Below, in pieces: positions 24,606 through 34,740 of a stretch of DNA of 64,000 nucleotides. Under the pieces are notes generated by a model. That model had not been told where the DNA came from, did not search any database, and saw only the letters and a program-made list of their open reading frames with translations. This DNA comes from Alphaproteobacteria bacterium (GTDB taxonomy: Bacteria; Pseudomonadota; Alphaproteobacteria; GCA-2731375): the NCBI GenBank assembly GCA_016869175.1, contig VGEV01000001.1, positions 1,476-65,475 on the forward strand, given 5' to 3'. Both the position numbers and the translations under genes were made by a program. Numbering within the stretch: position 1 is the first letter of the stretch; every line of letters starts with the position of its first letter.

Positions 24606-26069
24606 ATGGCCATGGCGCAGCCGTCGCACGATTTTGCCCTTGCCGCCCCGGAGATGGTTCTGGCGGCGGCGGCGATGCTGCTGCTGATGTTCGGCGCCTT
24701 TCGTGGCAACCAGGCGACGCGGGTGGTCGCCTGGGGCGCCCTCGCGGCGCTGGCGATTGCCTTGGTGCTGGTGCTGCAAGCTCCCGCCGGACGCGCCGTC
24801 AGTTTCGCCGACATGTTCGTGGTGGACGGCTTTGCCCACTTCGCCAAGGCGTTGGTGCTGCTCGCCGCGGCGCTGGGCATTGTCATGTCGCTCGGCTTCA
24901 TCCGCCGCGAGGGCATGGAACGGTTCGAGTATCCCGTGCTGCTGCTGCTCGCCACTCTCGGCATGCTGATGATGGTGTCGGCCAACGACCTGCTGGCGCT
25001 CTATCTTGGCATCGAGCTGCAAAGTCTGGCGCTCTACGTGGTCGCGGCGTTTCAGCGCGACAACCTGCGTGCGAGCGAGGCGGGCCTGAAATATTTCGTG
25101 CTGGGCGCGGTCGCCTCCGGCATGCTGCTTTATGGTTGCTCGCTGATCTACGGCTTTACCGGCACCACCGGCTTCGACGCCATCGCGGCGACGCTGAAGG
25201 CGCAGCCCGAGCCGCCGCTCGGCCTCATCGTCGGCATCGTTTTCCTCACCGCCGGGCTTGCCTTCAAGGTCTCGGCGGTGCCGTTCCACATGTGGACGCC
25301 CGACGTCTATGAAGGCGCGCCGACGCCGGTCACGGCGTTCTTCGCCATCGCACCCAAGGTGGCGGCGCTGGCGCTGTTCTGCCGTGCCATGTTGACGCCG
25401 TTCGCAGCCATCGTCGCCGACTGGCAACAGATCGTGGTGTTCCTGGCGATCGCGTCCATGCTGCTGGGGGCCTTCGCCGCGATCGGCCAGAACAACATCA
25501 AGCGGCTGATGGCCTACAGCTCGATCGGCCATGTCGGCTACGCGCTGATCGGCCTGGCGGCGGGTGGCGCCGGGGGCATTCAGGCGATCCTGATCTATCT
25601 CGCGATCTATGTGGCGATGAATGCCGGCACATTCGCCTGCATCCTCTGCATGCGGGTGCGCGGCGACATGGTGGAGGGGGTTGGCGATCTGGCCGGGCTC
25701 GGCCGCAATCAGCCGCTGTTGGCCCTGGCGCTGGCGATCTTCATGTTCTCCATGGCCGGGGTGCCCCCGCTGGCCGGCTTTTTTGGCAAATTCTATGTGT
25801 TCGTTGCCGCGATCGAGGCCAAGCTCTATGTCCTGGCGGTGATTGGCGTGCTGGCCAGCGCGGTTGGCGCCTACTACTACTTGCGGATCGTCAAGCTGAT
25901 GTATTTCGACGAGCCGGCGGAAGCTTTCGAGCGCCGGGTGGGTGGCGAGATGGCAGCGGTGCTGGTGGTCACGGCGCTGTTCGTGGTGGTCTTCGCCCTG
26001 TTCGCCGCGCCCATCCTGGACGGCGCGGGGACTGCTGCCCAGGCGCTGGTCGCGGGCGGCAAGGGCTAG
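24606..26069 (+). CDS. nuoN: NADH-quinone oxidoreductase subunit N
   Basis: Start [10 protein letters not shown] is 3 nt after the nuoM stop. [20 protein letters not shown]. The 1086-aa ORF-track frame (22809-26069) is an artefact that runs in an alternative frame across nuoL/nuoM. Confidence 0.93.
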   Translation: MAMAQPSHDFALAAPEMVLAAAAMLLLMFGAFRGNQATRVVAWGALAALAIALVLVLQAPAGRAVSFADMFVVDGFAHFAKALVLLAAALGIVMSLGFIRREGMERFEYPVLLLLATLGMLMMVSANDLLALYLGIELQSLALYVVAAFQRDNLRASEAGLKYFVLGAVASGMLLYGCSLIYGFTGTTGFDAIAATLKAQPEPPLGLIVGIVFLTAGLAFKVSAVPFHMWTPDVYEGAPTPVTAFFAIAPKVAALALFCRAMLTPFAAIVADWQQIVVFLAIASMLLGAFAAIGQNNIKRLMAYSSIGHVGYALIGLAAGGAGGIQAILIYLAIYVAMNAGTFACILCMRVRGDMVEGVGDLAGLGRNQPLLALALAIFMFSMAGVPPLAGFFGKFYVFVAAIEAKLYVLAVIGVLASAVGAYYYLRIVKLMYFDEPAEAFERRVGGEMAAVLVVTALFVVVFALFAAPILDGAGTAAQALVAGGKG

Positions 26070-26072
26070 CGC

Positions 26073-26807
26073 TTGGCCGTGCCCGGGTTGCTGTTCCGCT
26101 TCCACCGCCACGACCTTCTTACCAGCAGCAACGACGAAGCCAAGCGGCTGGCCCAGGCCGGCGCGCTGGAAGGCAGCATGGTCGTCGCCGGCCAGCAGAC
26201 CGCTGGTCGCGGCCGGCGCGGGCGGAACTGGGAATCCCCGCCCGGCAATCTCTATTGCAGCCTGCTGTTGCGGCCGGCCACGCCGCCGGCTGAGGCGGCA
26301 TTGCTGTCGTTCGTGGCGGCACTGGCGTTGGCGGACGCGGCCGCCGCCTTCGTGCCGGCCGCTCGGCTGGCGCTCAAATGGCCGAACGACGTGCTGCTGG
26401 ACGGCCGCAAGCTGGCAGGCATCCTGCTGGAATCGGCCGGCGAGAACGGCCGCACGGCGTGGCTGGTGGTTGGCATGGGCGTCAACTTGGCCTCGGCGCC
26501 GCCCGACGCCGCGAGCCTGGCGGCGGCGGCCGGCCGGCCGGTCGAGCCCGAGGCGATTCTGGCATGCCTTACCGATGCCTTCGCCTTCTGGTATGGACGC
26601 TGGCACGAGGCGGGCTTCCCGCCTATTCGGCAGGCTTGGCTGGCGCGCGCAGCAGGCCTGGGCGTACCGCTGACGGTGCGGCTGGCGGAGGCGACCTTCG
26701 TGGGGCGATTTGGCGGCATGAGCGAGACCGGTCAGTTGCTGCTGGAGCAGCCTGGCGGCGTGCGGCGGGTGGAGGCGGGCGAGGTGTACCTGCCCGCGCC
26801 GGCCTGA
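26073..26807 (+). CDS. birA: Biotin--[acetyl-CoA-carboxylase] ligase (group I BirA, no DNA-binding domain)
   Basis: QTAGRGRRGRNWESPPGNLYCSLLLRP is the biotin-protein ligase signature GRGRxGRxW. TTG or GTG start. Confidence 0.88.
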   Translation: MAVPGLLFRFHRHDLLTSSNDEAKRLAQAGALEGSMVVAGQQTAGRGRRGRNWESPPGNLYCSLLLRPATPPAEAALLSFVAALALADAAAAFVPAARLALKWPNDVLLDGRKLAGILLESAGENGRTAWLVVGMGVNLASAPPDAASLAAAAGRPVEPEAILACLTDAFAFWYGRWHEAGFPPIRQAWLARAAGLGVPLTVRLAEATFVGRFGGMSETGQLLLEQPGGVRRVEAGEVYLPAPA

Positions 26808-26813
26808 ACGGCC

Positions 26814-27587
26814 ATGCTGCTCGCCATCGACGCCGGCAACACCAACATCGTCTTCGCCGTGATCGAAGCCGCGCGGGTGCGTTGCCAATGGCGCGCGGTG
26901 ACCAACGCGCCGCGCACGGCGGACGAGTACGCGGTCTGGCTGTCGCAACTCATGGGCCTCGAGGGCCTGAAGCTCGCCGACATCGACGCCGCCATCATCT
27001 CCACCGTCGTGCCGCAGGCGCTGTACGACCTGCGCATGCTCTGCCGGCGCTATTTCAAGACCGACCCCATCGTGGTCGGCGAGGATGCGCGACTGGGCAT
27101 GGCGGTCAACGTCGAGCGGCCGAACGAGGTGGGTGCCGACCGGTTGGTGAACGCTGTCGCGGCGTTCAAGAAATATGGCGGCCCGCTCATCGTCATCGAT
27201 TTCGGCACGGCCACCACGTTCGACGTGGTTGGCCGGGAAGGCGACTATCAGGGCGGCATCATCGCCTCGGGCGTCAATCTCAGTTTGCAGGCGCTGCACA
27301 TGGCCGCCGCCAAGCTGCCGCACATTGCGGTCGAACGGCCGTCGCGGGTGATCGGGAGGGGCACGGTGCCGGCGATGCAATCCGGCGTCTATTGGGGTTA
27401 TGTCGGCTTGATCGAGGGCCTAATCCAGCGCATCAAGCAAGAATTCGGCGCGCCCATGCGGGTGGTGGCGACGGGCGGCCTGTCGTCGTTGTTTTCCGGC
27501 GGCACCGACGCCATCGATCTGGTCGACGCCGACCTGACGGTGGAGGGCCTGTTGGAGATCTATCGCCGCACGCGCGCCCGCAACTGA
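26814..27587 (+). CDS. coaX: Type III pantothenate kinase (CoaX/Baf)
   Basis: [11 protein letters not shown] (phosphate-1), [19 protein letters not shown] (phosphate-2), [12 protein letters not shown]. Confidence 0.9.
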   Translation: MLLAIDAGNTNIVFAVIEAARVRCQWRAVTNAPRTADEYAVWLSQLMGLEGLKLADIDAAIISTVVPQALYDLRMLCRRYFKTDPIVVGEDARLGMAVNVERPNEVGADRLVNAVAAFKKYGGPLIVIDFGTATTFDVVGREGDYQGGIIASGVNLSLQALHMAAAKLPHIAVERPSRVIGRGTVPAMQSGVYWGYVGLIEGLIQRIKQEFGAPMRVVATGGLSSLFSGGTDAIDLVDADLTVEGLLEIYRRTRARN

Positions 27588-27612
27588 CCCCGTCGCGCGC
27601 GGATCCGGGCCC

Positions 27613-28401
27613 ATGCTGCTTGCCATCGATGCCGGTAACACGAACATCGTGTTCGCCCTGTTCGAGGGCGAGCGCGAGCTGGGCTTCTGGCGGCTCGCCA
27701 CCCAGCGCGCCCGCGATGCGGACGAATTCGCCGCCATGCTGCTGCCGCTGATGCACGAGGCCGCAATCGCGATCGGCGCCATCGACGGCGCGGTGATCGG
27801 CAGCGTGGTGCCGACGGCGACCGGTGCGTTGAAAGCACTGTACCGCACGGTGTTGGGGGTGGAGCCGGTGGTGCTGGGTGAGAACGCCGTGCTGGGGATC
27901 GGCATCGACGTGGAGGAGCCGCGCGTGGTCGGCGCCGACCGGCTGGCCAACGCCGTGGCAGCGCACGCGGCCTTTGGCGGCCCCACCCTGTCGGTCGACT
28001 TCGGCACCGCCACCAAATTCGACCGGGTCTCCGCCGACGGCGTGTTCCAGGGCGGCGTGATCGCGCTCGGCATCAATCTGTCGATCGCCGCGCTGCACCG
28101 GGCCTCCGCCGCGTTGCCGCGCGCCGCCGTGGTCAGACCGCCCCGGGTGATCGGCCGCAGCACCGAGGGTGCGCTGCAATCGGGCCTTTATTGGGGCTAC
28201 GCCAGCATGGTGGAGGGGGTGCTGAAACGCATCGCGGCGGAGTTGGGCCAGGCGCCCAGGGTGATTGCCACGGGCGGCCTGGCCCCGGTGCTGGCGCAAG
28301 CGGTGCCGGCGATCCACGCGGTCGTGCCGGACCTGACGGTTCGCGGCCTGGCGCTGGTGCATGCCCGCACCCTGGCGGCGCAAGGCGGCGCCGGGCGATG
28401 A
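27613..28401 (+). CDS. Type III pantothenate kinase paralog (second tandem CoaX/Baf-family gene)
   Basis: [42 protein letters not shown]. About 50% identical to the upstream copy. All catalytic motifs are retained. Confidence 0.85.
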   Translation: MLLAIDAGNTNIVFALFEGERELGFWRLATQRARDADEFAAMLLPLMHEAAIAIGAIDGAVIGSVVPTATGALKALYRTVLGVEPVVLGENAVLGIGIDVEEPRVVGADRLANAVAAHAAFGGPTLSVDFGTATKFDRVSADGVFQGGVIALGINLSIAALHRASAALPRAAVVRPPRVIGRSTEGALQSGLYWGYASMVEGVLKRIAAELGQAPRVIATGGLAPVLAQAVPAIHAVVPDLTVRGLALVHARTLAAQGGAGR

Positions 28402-30095
28402 GCGGCGGCTGGGGACCGAAGGATCTGGTCTTCCTGCCGCTGGGCGGGGCCGGCGAGATCGGCATGAATCTCAACCTCTATGGCCATGCCGGCAAGTGGC
28501 TGATGGTCGACCTGGGCATCACGTTTCCGGGCGAAGGGCAGCCCGGCATCGACGTGATCACACCCGATCCCAGCTATATCGCCGACCGGCGGCAGGATCT
28601 GCTGGGACTGGTGCTGACCCATGCGCACGAGGACCACCTGGGCGCCGTGCCCTATCTGTGGTCCAGCCTGCGCTGTCCGGTCTATGCGACGCCGTTCTCG
28701 GCCGCGGTGCTGCGGGGCAAGCTGGCCGAGGCCGGATTGCTGGGCGAGGTGCCGCTGACCGAGGTGCCGCTGGGAGCCCGCTTCAAGCTCGGTCCGTTCG
28801 GCATCCAGTTCCTTTCGATCACCCATTCGATCCCAGAGCCCAACGCGCTGGTCATCCGCACGCCGCTTGGCACGATTCTGCACACCGGCGACTGGAAGCT
28901 GGATCCCGCGCCGGTGGTGGGCCGTCCGACCGAGGAGGCGGCGTTTCGCGCGGTCGGCGACGAAGGCGTGCTGGCCCTGGTCTGCGATTCGACCAATGTC
29001 TTCAATCCCGGCCATTCCGGCTCCGAGGCGGCGCTGGAGGAAGGTCTGGGCCGCCTGGTCGCCGGGCAGAGCGGCCGGGTGGCGGTCACCACTTTCGCGT
29101 CCAACCTGGCGCGGGCGCAGACCGTGGCGCGGGTGGCGCGCGCCCATGACCGGCAGTTGGCGGTGGTCGGCCGCTCCTTGTTGCGGATGCTCGATTGCGC
29201 CCGCGCGACCGGCTATGCCGATGGTCTGGAGAACGTGTTGAGCGAGGCGGAGGGCGGACACCTGCCGGCCGGCAAGGCGCTGTATCTCTGCACCGGCTGC
29301 CAGGGCGAGCCGCGCGGCGCCATGGCGCGGATCGCGGCCGGCGAGCATCGGCACCTTTACCTGGAGCGCGGCGACCTAGCGATCTTCTCGTCCAAGGTGA
29401 TCCCCGGCAACGAGGCTGCCATCGCCCGCGTGCAGAATCGTCTGGTCGAGGGCGGTGTGCGGGTGATCGGCGAGCACGACGCCTTCGTGCATGTCTCGGG
29501 TCATCCTTGCCGTGAGGAACTGGCGCAGATGTATCGCTGGGCGCGTCCGCGCATCGCGGTGCCGGTGCATGGCGAGTTGCGCCACCTGGTCGAGCACGCG
29601 GCCTTTGCCAGTTCGTTGCAGGTGCCGGAGGCGCCGGTGGTGCGCAACGGGCAGGTTCTGCGCCTGGCGCCGGGCCCGGCCGAAGTGGTGGAGGAAGTGC
29701 CGGCCGGTCGCTGGTATGCCGACCAGGACGTGCTGCTGCCCGAAGGCTCGGGCGCCGTGCACGAGCGGCGCAAGTTGATGCAGTCGGGCGGCGCGCAGGC
29801 GACCCTTGTGCTCGACCATCACGCCGAGCCGGCGGCGCTGCCACGCCTCAGCCTCACCGGCATCGCCGCCCGCGATCCGGCCGCGCTGCTGCGCGCCGGC
29901 GAGGCGGCGCTGGCTGACTTGCTGGAGGACCTGCCGCTGGCGGTGCTGCGCGACGACGCCCGGCTGGAGGAGGCGGCCAGGCGTGCGCTGCATGCGGTCT
30001 TGCGGCAGAATGGCGCCAAGCGGCCCCTGGTGACGGTGCAGATCGTCCGGCTGGACGCACCGGGCCGCTCGCGCCGTCGTGGAGGCAGGAAATGA
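28398..30095 (+). CDS. rnj: Ribonuclease J (metallo-beta-lactamase / beta-CASP RNase)
   Basis: HTHAHEDHLGAVPYLW (HxHxDH). Start ATG overlaps the coaX-2 stop (ATGA). About 565 aa. Confidence 0.9.
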   Translation: MSGGWGPKDLVFLPLGGAGEIGMNLNLYGHAGKWLMVDLGITFPGEGQPGIDVITPDPSYIADRRQDLLGLVLTHAHEDHLGAVPYLWSSLRCPVYATPFSAAVLRGKLAEAGLLGEVPLTEVPLGARFKLGPFGIQFLSITHSIPEPNALVIRTPLGTILHTGDWKLDPAPVVGRPTEEAAFRAVGDEGVLALVCDSTNVFNPGHSGSEAALEEGLGRLVAGQSGRVAVTTFASNLARAQTVARVARAHDRQLAVVGRSLLRMLDCARATGYADGLENVLSEAEGGHLPAGKALYLCTGCQGEPRGAMARIAAGEHRHLYLERGDLAIFSSKVIPGNEAAIARVQNRLVEGGVRVIGEHDAFVHVSGHPCREELAQMYRWARPRIAVPVHGELRHLVEHAAFASSLQVPEAPVVRNGQVLRLAPGPAEVVEEVPAGRWYADQDVLLPEGSGAVHERRKLMQSGGAQATLVLDHHAEPAALPRLSLTGIAARDPAALLRAGEAALADLLEDLPLAVLRDDARLEEAARRALHAVLRQNGAKRPLVTVQIVRLDAPGRSRRRGGRK

Positions 30096-30496
30096 TCGGA
30101 CGCTTGAACCACGTGGCCATCGTGGTGCCGGATCTGGCGGCGGCGGCGGCGACCTATCGCACAACGCTGGGCGCACGCGTGTCGGCGCCGCTGCCGTTGC
30201 CCGAGCATGGCGTGACGACGGTGTTCGTGGAACTCGACAACACCAAGATCGAGCTCCTGCATCCGCTGGGCGCGGCCTCGCCCATCGCCAGCTTCCTGGA
30301 ACGCAACCCGGCGGGTGGCATGCACCACGTCTGTTACGAGGTGGCCGACATCCGGGCGGCGCGCGACCGGCTGGCGGCCGCGGGCGCGCGCGTGCTGGGC
30401 GACGGCGAACCGCGACCGGGCGCGCATGGCAAGCCGGTCCTGTTCCTGCACCCCAAGGACTTCTGCGGCACGCTGGTGGAAATCGAGCAGGTCTGA
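30092..30496 (+). CDS. mce: Methylmalonyl-CoA epimerase (VOC/glyoxalase superfamily)
   Basis: MIGRLNHVAIVVPDL...GGMHHVCYEVADI...HPKDFCGTLVEIEQ. 134 aa. Confidence 0.85.
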   Translation: MIGRLNHVAIVVPDLAAAAATYRTTLGARVSAPLPLPEHGVTTVFVELDNTKIELLHPLGAASPIASFLERNPAGGMHHVCYEVADIRAARDRLAAAGARVLGDGEPRPGAHGKPVLFLHPKDFCGTLVEIEQV

Positions 30497-30501
30497 GTGC
30501 C

Positions 30502-30735
30502 TTGGCCTGGCTCACCTGGATCTTGGTCTACACCATCGCCTGGTGCCTGATCTTCTTCATGGTGTTGCCCTGGGGCGTTCGCACCCCGGCCGAAGCCGGC
30601 GTGGAAACGGTGCCCGGCCAGGCCGAGAGCGCGCCGGTACGGCCCCGGCTCGGACTGAAGGCGGCCATCACGTCGGCGCTGGCCCTGCTTGCTACGCTTG
30701 GCTGGCACGGTCTGCGGGCGACCTGGCTCGACTGA
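30502..30735 (+). CDS. Small membrane protein, DUF1467-like (conserved mce-proS neighbour in alphaproteobacteria)
   Basis: WLTWILVYTIAWCLIFFMVLPWGVRTPAEAG... Non-ATG (TTG) start inferred. The upstream part of ORF 30079-30735 is an out-of-frame overlap of mce. Confidence 0.5.
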   Translation: MAWLTWILVYTIAWCLIFFMVLPWGVRTPAEAGVETVPGQAESAPVRPRLGLKAAITSALALLATLGWHGLRATWLD

Positions 30736-31030
30736 GCGAATGGCAAAGTCGTCCGGATGATTCGACATTGGCGCGGGCGGTGTCTGTTGCGATGCAGTAA
30801 ACACGCCTGGAGCCGTCGGATCGCCCGCTTGGCCGAATGCTCTTGAATTTTGCGATTTTTCATTGGCTTACATGGCTGCCTTGCAGGGCGTCGCTGGCGG
30901 GACGCCGGATGGTCGGCAGCGGAGAACGCTTTCGAGCTTGATTTTTCGCGGCGCAAAAACCATATGTTGCCGGCCGTCGGGGGTCGACGATCCCAGGCGA
31001 CGCTTAATGGCGTTTCCTCCCTACACTCAA

Positions 31031-31056
31031 GGCCGGCCTTGCGCCGGCCTTTTTTT
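31031..31056 (+). terminator. Strong Rho-independent terminator: GGCCGGC-cttgc-GCCGGCC followed by T7
   Basis: 7-bp perfect GC stem (31031-31037 / 31043-31049), 5-nt loop, then TTTTTTT (31050-31056). Confidence 0.75.
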
Positions 31057-31104
31057 ACGCCGGCCTTGCGCGAAGCCTTAAGCCAGCCGTGACAAGCTTG
31101 TCGC

Positions 31105-31413
31105 ATGCGTCGCATCGTATTGCCGCTGATCTGTCTGGGGCTGTCATCCGGGGCGGCAGCCAGCGAGACGGTCGTCGTCGACCGGGCGATCTGCCGCCGG
31201 CTGGCACAGCACGTACCGGCCGGCGACGTGGCCTTCCAGCCGGGTGTCGGCCCGGGCGGACGGCCGGTGGCGGCGGCCGACCTGTCGCCGGCGCCGGCGA
31301 GCGGCCTGGTCAGCTACAATGGCCAGCCGCTGGGTGACCCGGAACTGGCTCGCCTGGCGAAACTCTGTCAATCCAACTCGCCGTTGCCAGCGGCGGACGC
31401 CGCGCCTAAATAG
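31105..31413 (+). CDS. Hypothetical small secreted protein (signal peptide, two Cys)
   Basis: [20 protein letters not shown] signal peptide. 102 aa with Cys at about 29 and 88. Located immediately upstream of proS. Confidence 0.45.
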   Translation: MRRIVLPLICLGLSSGAAASETVVVDRAICRRLAQHVPAGDVAFQPGVGPGGRPVAAADLSPAPASGLVSYNGQPLGDPELARLAKLCQSNSPLPAADAAPK

Positions 31414-31453
31414 GGTCGCTCGCGGCCGCCCCGGCCGCGGCCACGAGGCAGCG

Positions 31454-32782
31454 ATGCGGCTTTCCCAATATTTCCTGCCGGTGTTGAAGGAAACCCCGGC
31501 CGAGGCGCAGATCGTTTCGCACCGACTGATGCTGCGGACGGGCATGGTTCGCCAAGCCACCGCCGGCATCTATTCCTGGTTGCCGCTCGGCTATCGGGTG
31601 CTGCGCAAGATCGAGCAGATCGTGCGCGAGGAGCAGGACGCCACCGGCGCCCAGGAATTGCTGATGCCCACCATCCAGTCGGCCGAACTGTGGCGCGAAA
31701 GCGGCCGCTACGAGGACTACGGCAAAGAGATGCTGCGCATTCGCGACCGACACGAGCGCGACTTGCTCTATGGGCCGACCAACGAGGAACTGATCACCGA
31801 TATCTTCCGCCATTCGGTGCGCAGCTACCGCGACCTGCCGCGCAACCTCTATCACATCCAATGGAAGTTCCGCGACGAGGTGCGTCCCCGTTTCGGCGTC
31901 ATGCGCGGGCGCGAGTTCCTGATGAAGGATAATTATTCGTTCGATGTCGATTTCGCCGGCGCGCGGCATTCCTATAACAAGATGTTCGTTGCCTATCTGC
32001 GGACCTTCGCGCGGCTGGGGCTGAAGGCGATCCCGATGGAAGCGGCCACCGGGCCGATCGGTGGCGACATGAGCCACGAATTCATCATCCTGGCCGAGAC
32101 CGGCGAGAGCCAGGTCTACTGCCACTCCGATTTCCTGGACTTCGATGCGCTGGCGGACGCGGTCGACTACAACAGCGACCTTTCGGCCATCATCAAACAC
32201 TGGACGAGCCGCTATGCCGCGACCGACGAGAAGCACGCGGCCGAGCGCTTCGCCGCCGAGGTGCCAGCGGCCAAGCAACTCACCACCCGCGGCATCGAGG
32301 TCGGCCATATCTTCTATTTCGGCGCCAAATATTCCAAGCCGCTGGGTGCCGTGGTGGCGGCCCCCACGGGCGAGGAGAAGCCGGTGGAGATGGGCTCCTA
32401 CGGCATCGGCGTGTCGCGGCTGGTCGGCGCCATCATCGAGGCGAGCCACGACGAGGCCGGGATCATCTGGCCCGAGGCGGTGGCGCCGTTCCGGGTGGGG
32501 CTGATCAACCTGAAGCCGGGCGACGCGAATTGCGACCGCGTGGCCTCGGACCTCTATGCCAGGCTGTTGGCGGCCGGCGTCGAGGTGTTGCTGGACGACA
32601 CCGAACAGCGGGCGGGCGCCAAGTTCGCCACCATGGACCTGATCGGCCTGCCCTGGCAGCTGGTGGTCGGGCCGCGCGGCGCCGGCGCCGGCACGGTGGA
32701 ATTGAAGCGCCGGCGTGGCGGCGAACGGAGCGAACTGCCGGCCGATCAGGCCATCGCCCGGATCCGCGGCCGGCCCGGTTGA
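31454..32782 (+). CDS. proS: Proline--tRNA ligase (short alphaproteobacterial type)
   Basis: [34 protein letters not shown]... Class II motifs. About 442 aa. Confidence 0.93.
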   Translation: MRLSQYFLPVLKETPAEAQIVSHRLMLRTGMVRQATAGIYSWLPLGYRVLRKIEQIVREEQDATGAQELLMPTIQSAELWRESGRYEDYGKEMLRIRDRHERDLLYGPTNEELITDIFRHSVRSYRDLPRNLYHIQWKFRDEVRPRFGVMRGREFLMKDNYSFDVDFAGARHSYNKMFVAYLRTFARLGLKAIPMEAATGPIGGDMSHEFIILAETGESQVYCHSDFLDFDALADAVDYNSDLSAIIKHWTSRYAATDEKHAAERFAAEVPAAKQLTTRGIEVGHIFYFGAKYSKPLGAVVAAPTGEEKPVEMGSYGIGVSRLVGAIIEASHDEAGIIWPEAVAPFRVGLINLKPGDANCDRVASDLYARLLAAGVEVLLDDTEQRAGAKFATMDLIGLPWQLVVGPRGAGAGTVELKRRRGGERSELPADQAIARIRGRPG

Positions 32783-34026
32783 TGTTTCGCGCCTATGAGT
32801 GGCTGATCGCCGTTCGCTACTTGCGTGCCCGGCGGGCCGAGGGCTTCATCTCGGTCATCGCTTGGTTCTCGCTTCTGGGCATCGCGCTGGGCGTGGCCAC
32901 GCTGATCATCGTCATGGCGGTGATGAACGGCTTTCGCGCCGAACTGCTGGGCCGCATCCTGGCGCTGAGCGGCCATGTGGTGGTGCAGGCGCAAGGCGGT
33001 CGCCTGGCGGATTATGACGCCGTGGCGGCGCGCGCGCGACAGGTGCCGGGCGTGGTTCTGGCCACCCCCCTGATCGAAGGCCAGGCGATGGCCATGGCAA
33101 ACGGCCAAGCCTCCGGCGCACTGGTCCGCGGCATCAAGCCGGCTGACCTGGCGGCCCGCGCCATCATTCGCGACAGCCTGGTGGGCGGCTCGCTGGCCGA
33201 CCTAGCGGGCGGCGACGCGGTGTTGCTGGGGGCGCGGCTGGCGCGCAAGCTCGGGCTCTCGCCCGGCGATGTGGTGACCCTGGTGGCGCCGCAGGCGACC
33301 GTCACGCCGATCGGCCAGGTGCCGCGGCTCAATAGTTACCGTGTCGCGGCGCTGTTCGACATCGGCATGTTCGAATACGACAGCGCCTTTATCTTCATGC
33401 CGCTCGAGGCGGCGCAGATCTTTTTTCGCTACGGCGGCACGGTGTCCGGCGTCGAGGTGTTCGTCGCCCTGCCCGACCGCATCGCCGACTACCGGCCCCG
33501 GCTCGCCGCCACGGTCGGCGCCGAGCACCGCTATTTCGACTGGCAACAGGCGCATGCGCATTTCTTCAACGCGCTGCAGGTCGAACGCAATGTGATGTTC
33601 CTGATCCTGACGCTGATCATCCTGGTGGCGGCCTTCAACATCATTTCCAGCCTGATCATGCTGGTGAAGGACAAGGCCCGGCAGATCGCCATCCTGCGCA
33701 CCATGGGCGCGACCAAGGGCGCGATCCAACGGATCTTCTTCCTGGCAGGCTCGGCGGTGGGGGCGATCGGCACGGTCTGCGGCCTGGCGCTGGGCGTGGC
33801 CTTTTGCCAGAACATCGAAACGCTGCGCCGGCTGCTGGAAGGGCTGACGGGGCGCGAGCTGTTCGCCGCGGAGATCTATTTTCTGTCCAAGTTGCCGGCC
33901 AAGCTGGACTTGGGCGAGACCGTCACCATCACGTTGATGGCGCTGCTGCTGACATTCCTGGCGACGCTCTATCCCGCCTGGCGCGCCGCCCGGATGGACC
34001 CCGTTGACGCCTTGCGCAATGAGTAA
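32782..34026 (+). CDS. lolE: Lipoprotein-releasing system transmembrane permease (LolC/LolE family)
   Basis: [18 protein letters not shown]...[33 protein letters not shown] overlaps the proS stop. 414 aa. Confidence 0.9.
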   Translation: MFRAYEWLIAVRYLRARRAEGFISVIAWFSLLGIALGVATLIIVMAVMNGFRAELLGRILALSGHVVVQAQGGRLADYDAVAARARQVPGVVLATPLIEGQAMAMANGQASGALVRGIKPADLAARAIIRDSLVGGSLADLAGGDAVLLGARLARKLGLSPGDVVTLVAPQATVTPIGQVPRLNSYRVAALFDIGMFEYDSAFIFMPLEAAQIFFRYGGTVSGVEVFVALPDRIADYRPRLAATVGAEHRYFDWQQAHAHFFNALQVERNVMFLILTLIILVAAFNIISSLIMLVKDKARQIAILRTMGATKGAIQRIFFLAGSAVGAIGTVCGLALGVAFCQNIETLRRLLEGLTGRELFAAEIYFLSKLPAKLDLGETVTITLMALLLTFLATLYPAWRAARMDPVDALRNE

Positions 34027-34714
34027 GCCGTCACTGGCCTTGGCTGGCATCCGGCGGGCTTTTCGTCAAGGTGGCCGGGTCCTGGAAGTGCTGCGCGGGC
34101 TCGACCTGGCGATCGCCGCCGGCGAGGTGGTGGCGTTGGTCGGCCCGTCCGGTTCCGGCAAGTCGACATTGCTGCACGTGGCGGGGCTGCTGGAGCGGCC
34201 CGACGCGGGCAGCATCCGCGTGGCCGGCGAGGAACTGGCCGCGGCCAACGATGCGCTGCGCACCCGCACCCGGCGCGACCGCCTGGGCTTCGTCTATCAG
34301 TTCCATCACCTGCTGCCGGAATTCTCGGCGCTGGAGAACGTGGCCATGCCGCGGCGGATCGCCGGCTGCGAACGGGCCGAGGCCGAGGCGCGGGCGCGCG
34401 AGCTGCTGGGACTGCTGGGCTTGGCGGAACGTCTGAACCATCGCCCAGCGCAGTTGTCTGGCGGCGAGCAGCAGCGGGTGGCCATCGCCCGGGCGCTTGC
34501 CAACCGGCCGGCGCTGCTGCTGGCCGACGAGCCGACCGGCAATCTCGACCAGGCAACGGGCGGCGCGGTGTTCCAGGAGCTGCTGGCGCTCTCGCGGCAG
34601 ACCGGCCTTGCGGCGTTGATCGCCACGCACAATGCCGAACTCGCGAAACGCTGCGACCGGGTGGTGCGGCTGGAGCAGGGGATCTTGCGCGCGGACGCCG
34701 GCATGCCAGCATGA
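34019..34714 (+). CDS. lolD: Lipoprotein-releasing system ATP-binding protein LolD
   Basis: Walker [10 protein letters not shown], signature [15 protein letters not shown], Walker [13 protein letters not shown]. Confidence 0.92.
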   Translation: MSKPSLALAGIRRAFRQGGRVLEVLRGLDLAIAAGEVVALVGPSGSGKSTLLHVAGLLERPDAGSIRVAGEELAAANDALRTRTRRDRLGFVYQFHHLLPEFSALENVAMPRRIAGCERAEAEARARELLGLLGLAERLNHRPAQLSGGEQQRVAIARALANRPALLLADEPTGNLDQATGGAVFQELLALSRQTGLAALIATHNAELAKRCDRVVRLEQGILRADAGMPA

Positions 34715-34740
34715 CGGCAGGCTGAAGGCGATTCCCGGAC

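Noticed and set aside
22809-26069. 1086-aa plus-strand ORF spanning nuoL end through nuoN. Similar over-extended frames at 14069-15091, 14890-16371, 17892-19469, 28191-30095, 31244-32782, 32530-34026, 42418-44415, 51814-53466 and 62064-63506.
   Set aside because: Upstream portions are alternative frames of the preceding genes. The real proteins start at internal ATG/GTG codons, identified by conserved N-termini (for example nuo[11 protein letters not shown] at 24606, rnj MSGGWGPKD at 28398, dxr MALTQIAPE at 43225).
30079-30501. N-terminal 140 aa of ORF 30079-30735 (218 aa)
   Set aside because: Out-of-frame overlap of mce (Gly/Arg-rich). Only the 3' about 77 codons (DUF1467-like, from about 30502) look like a real protein.
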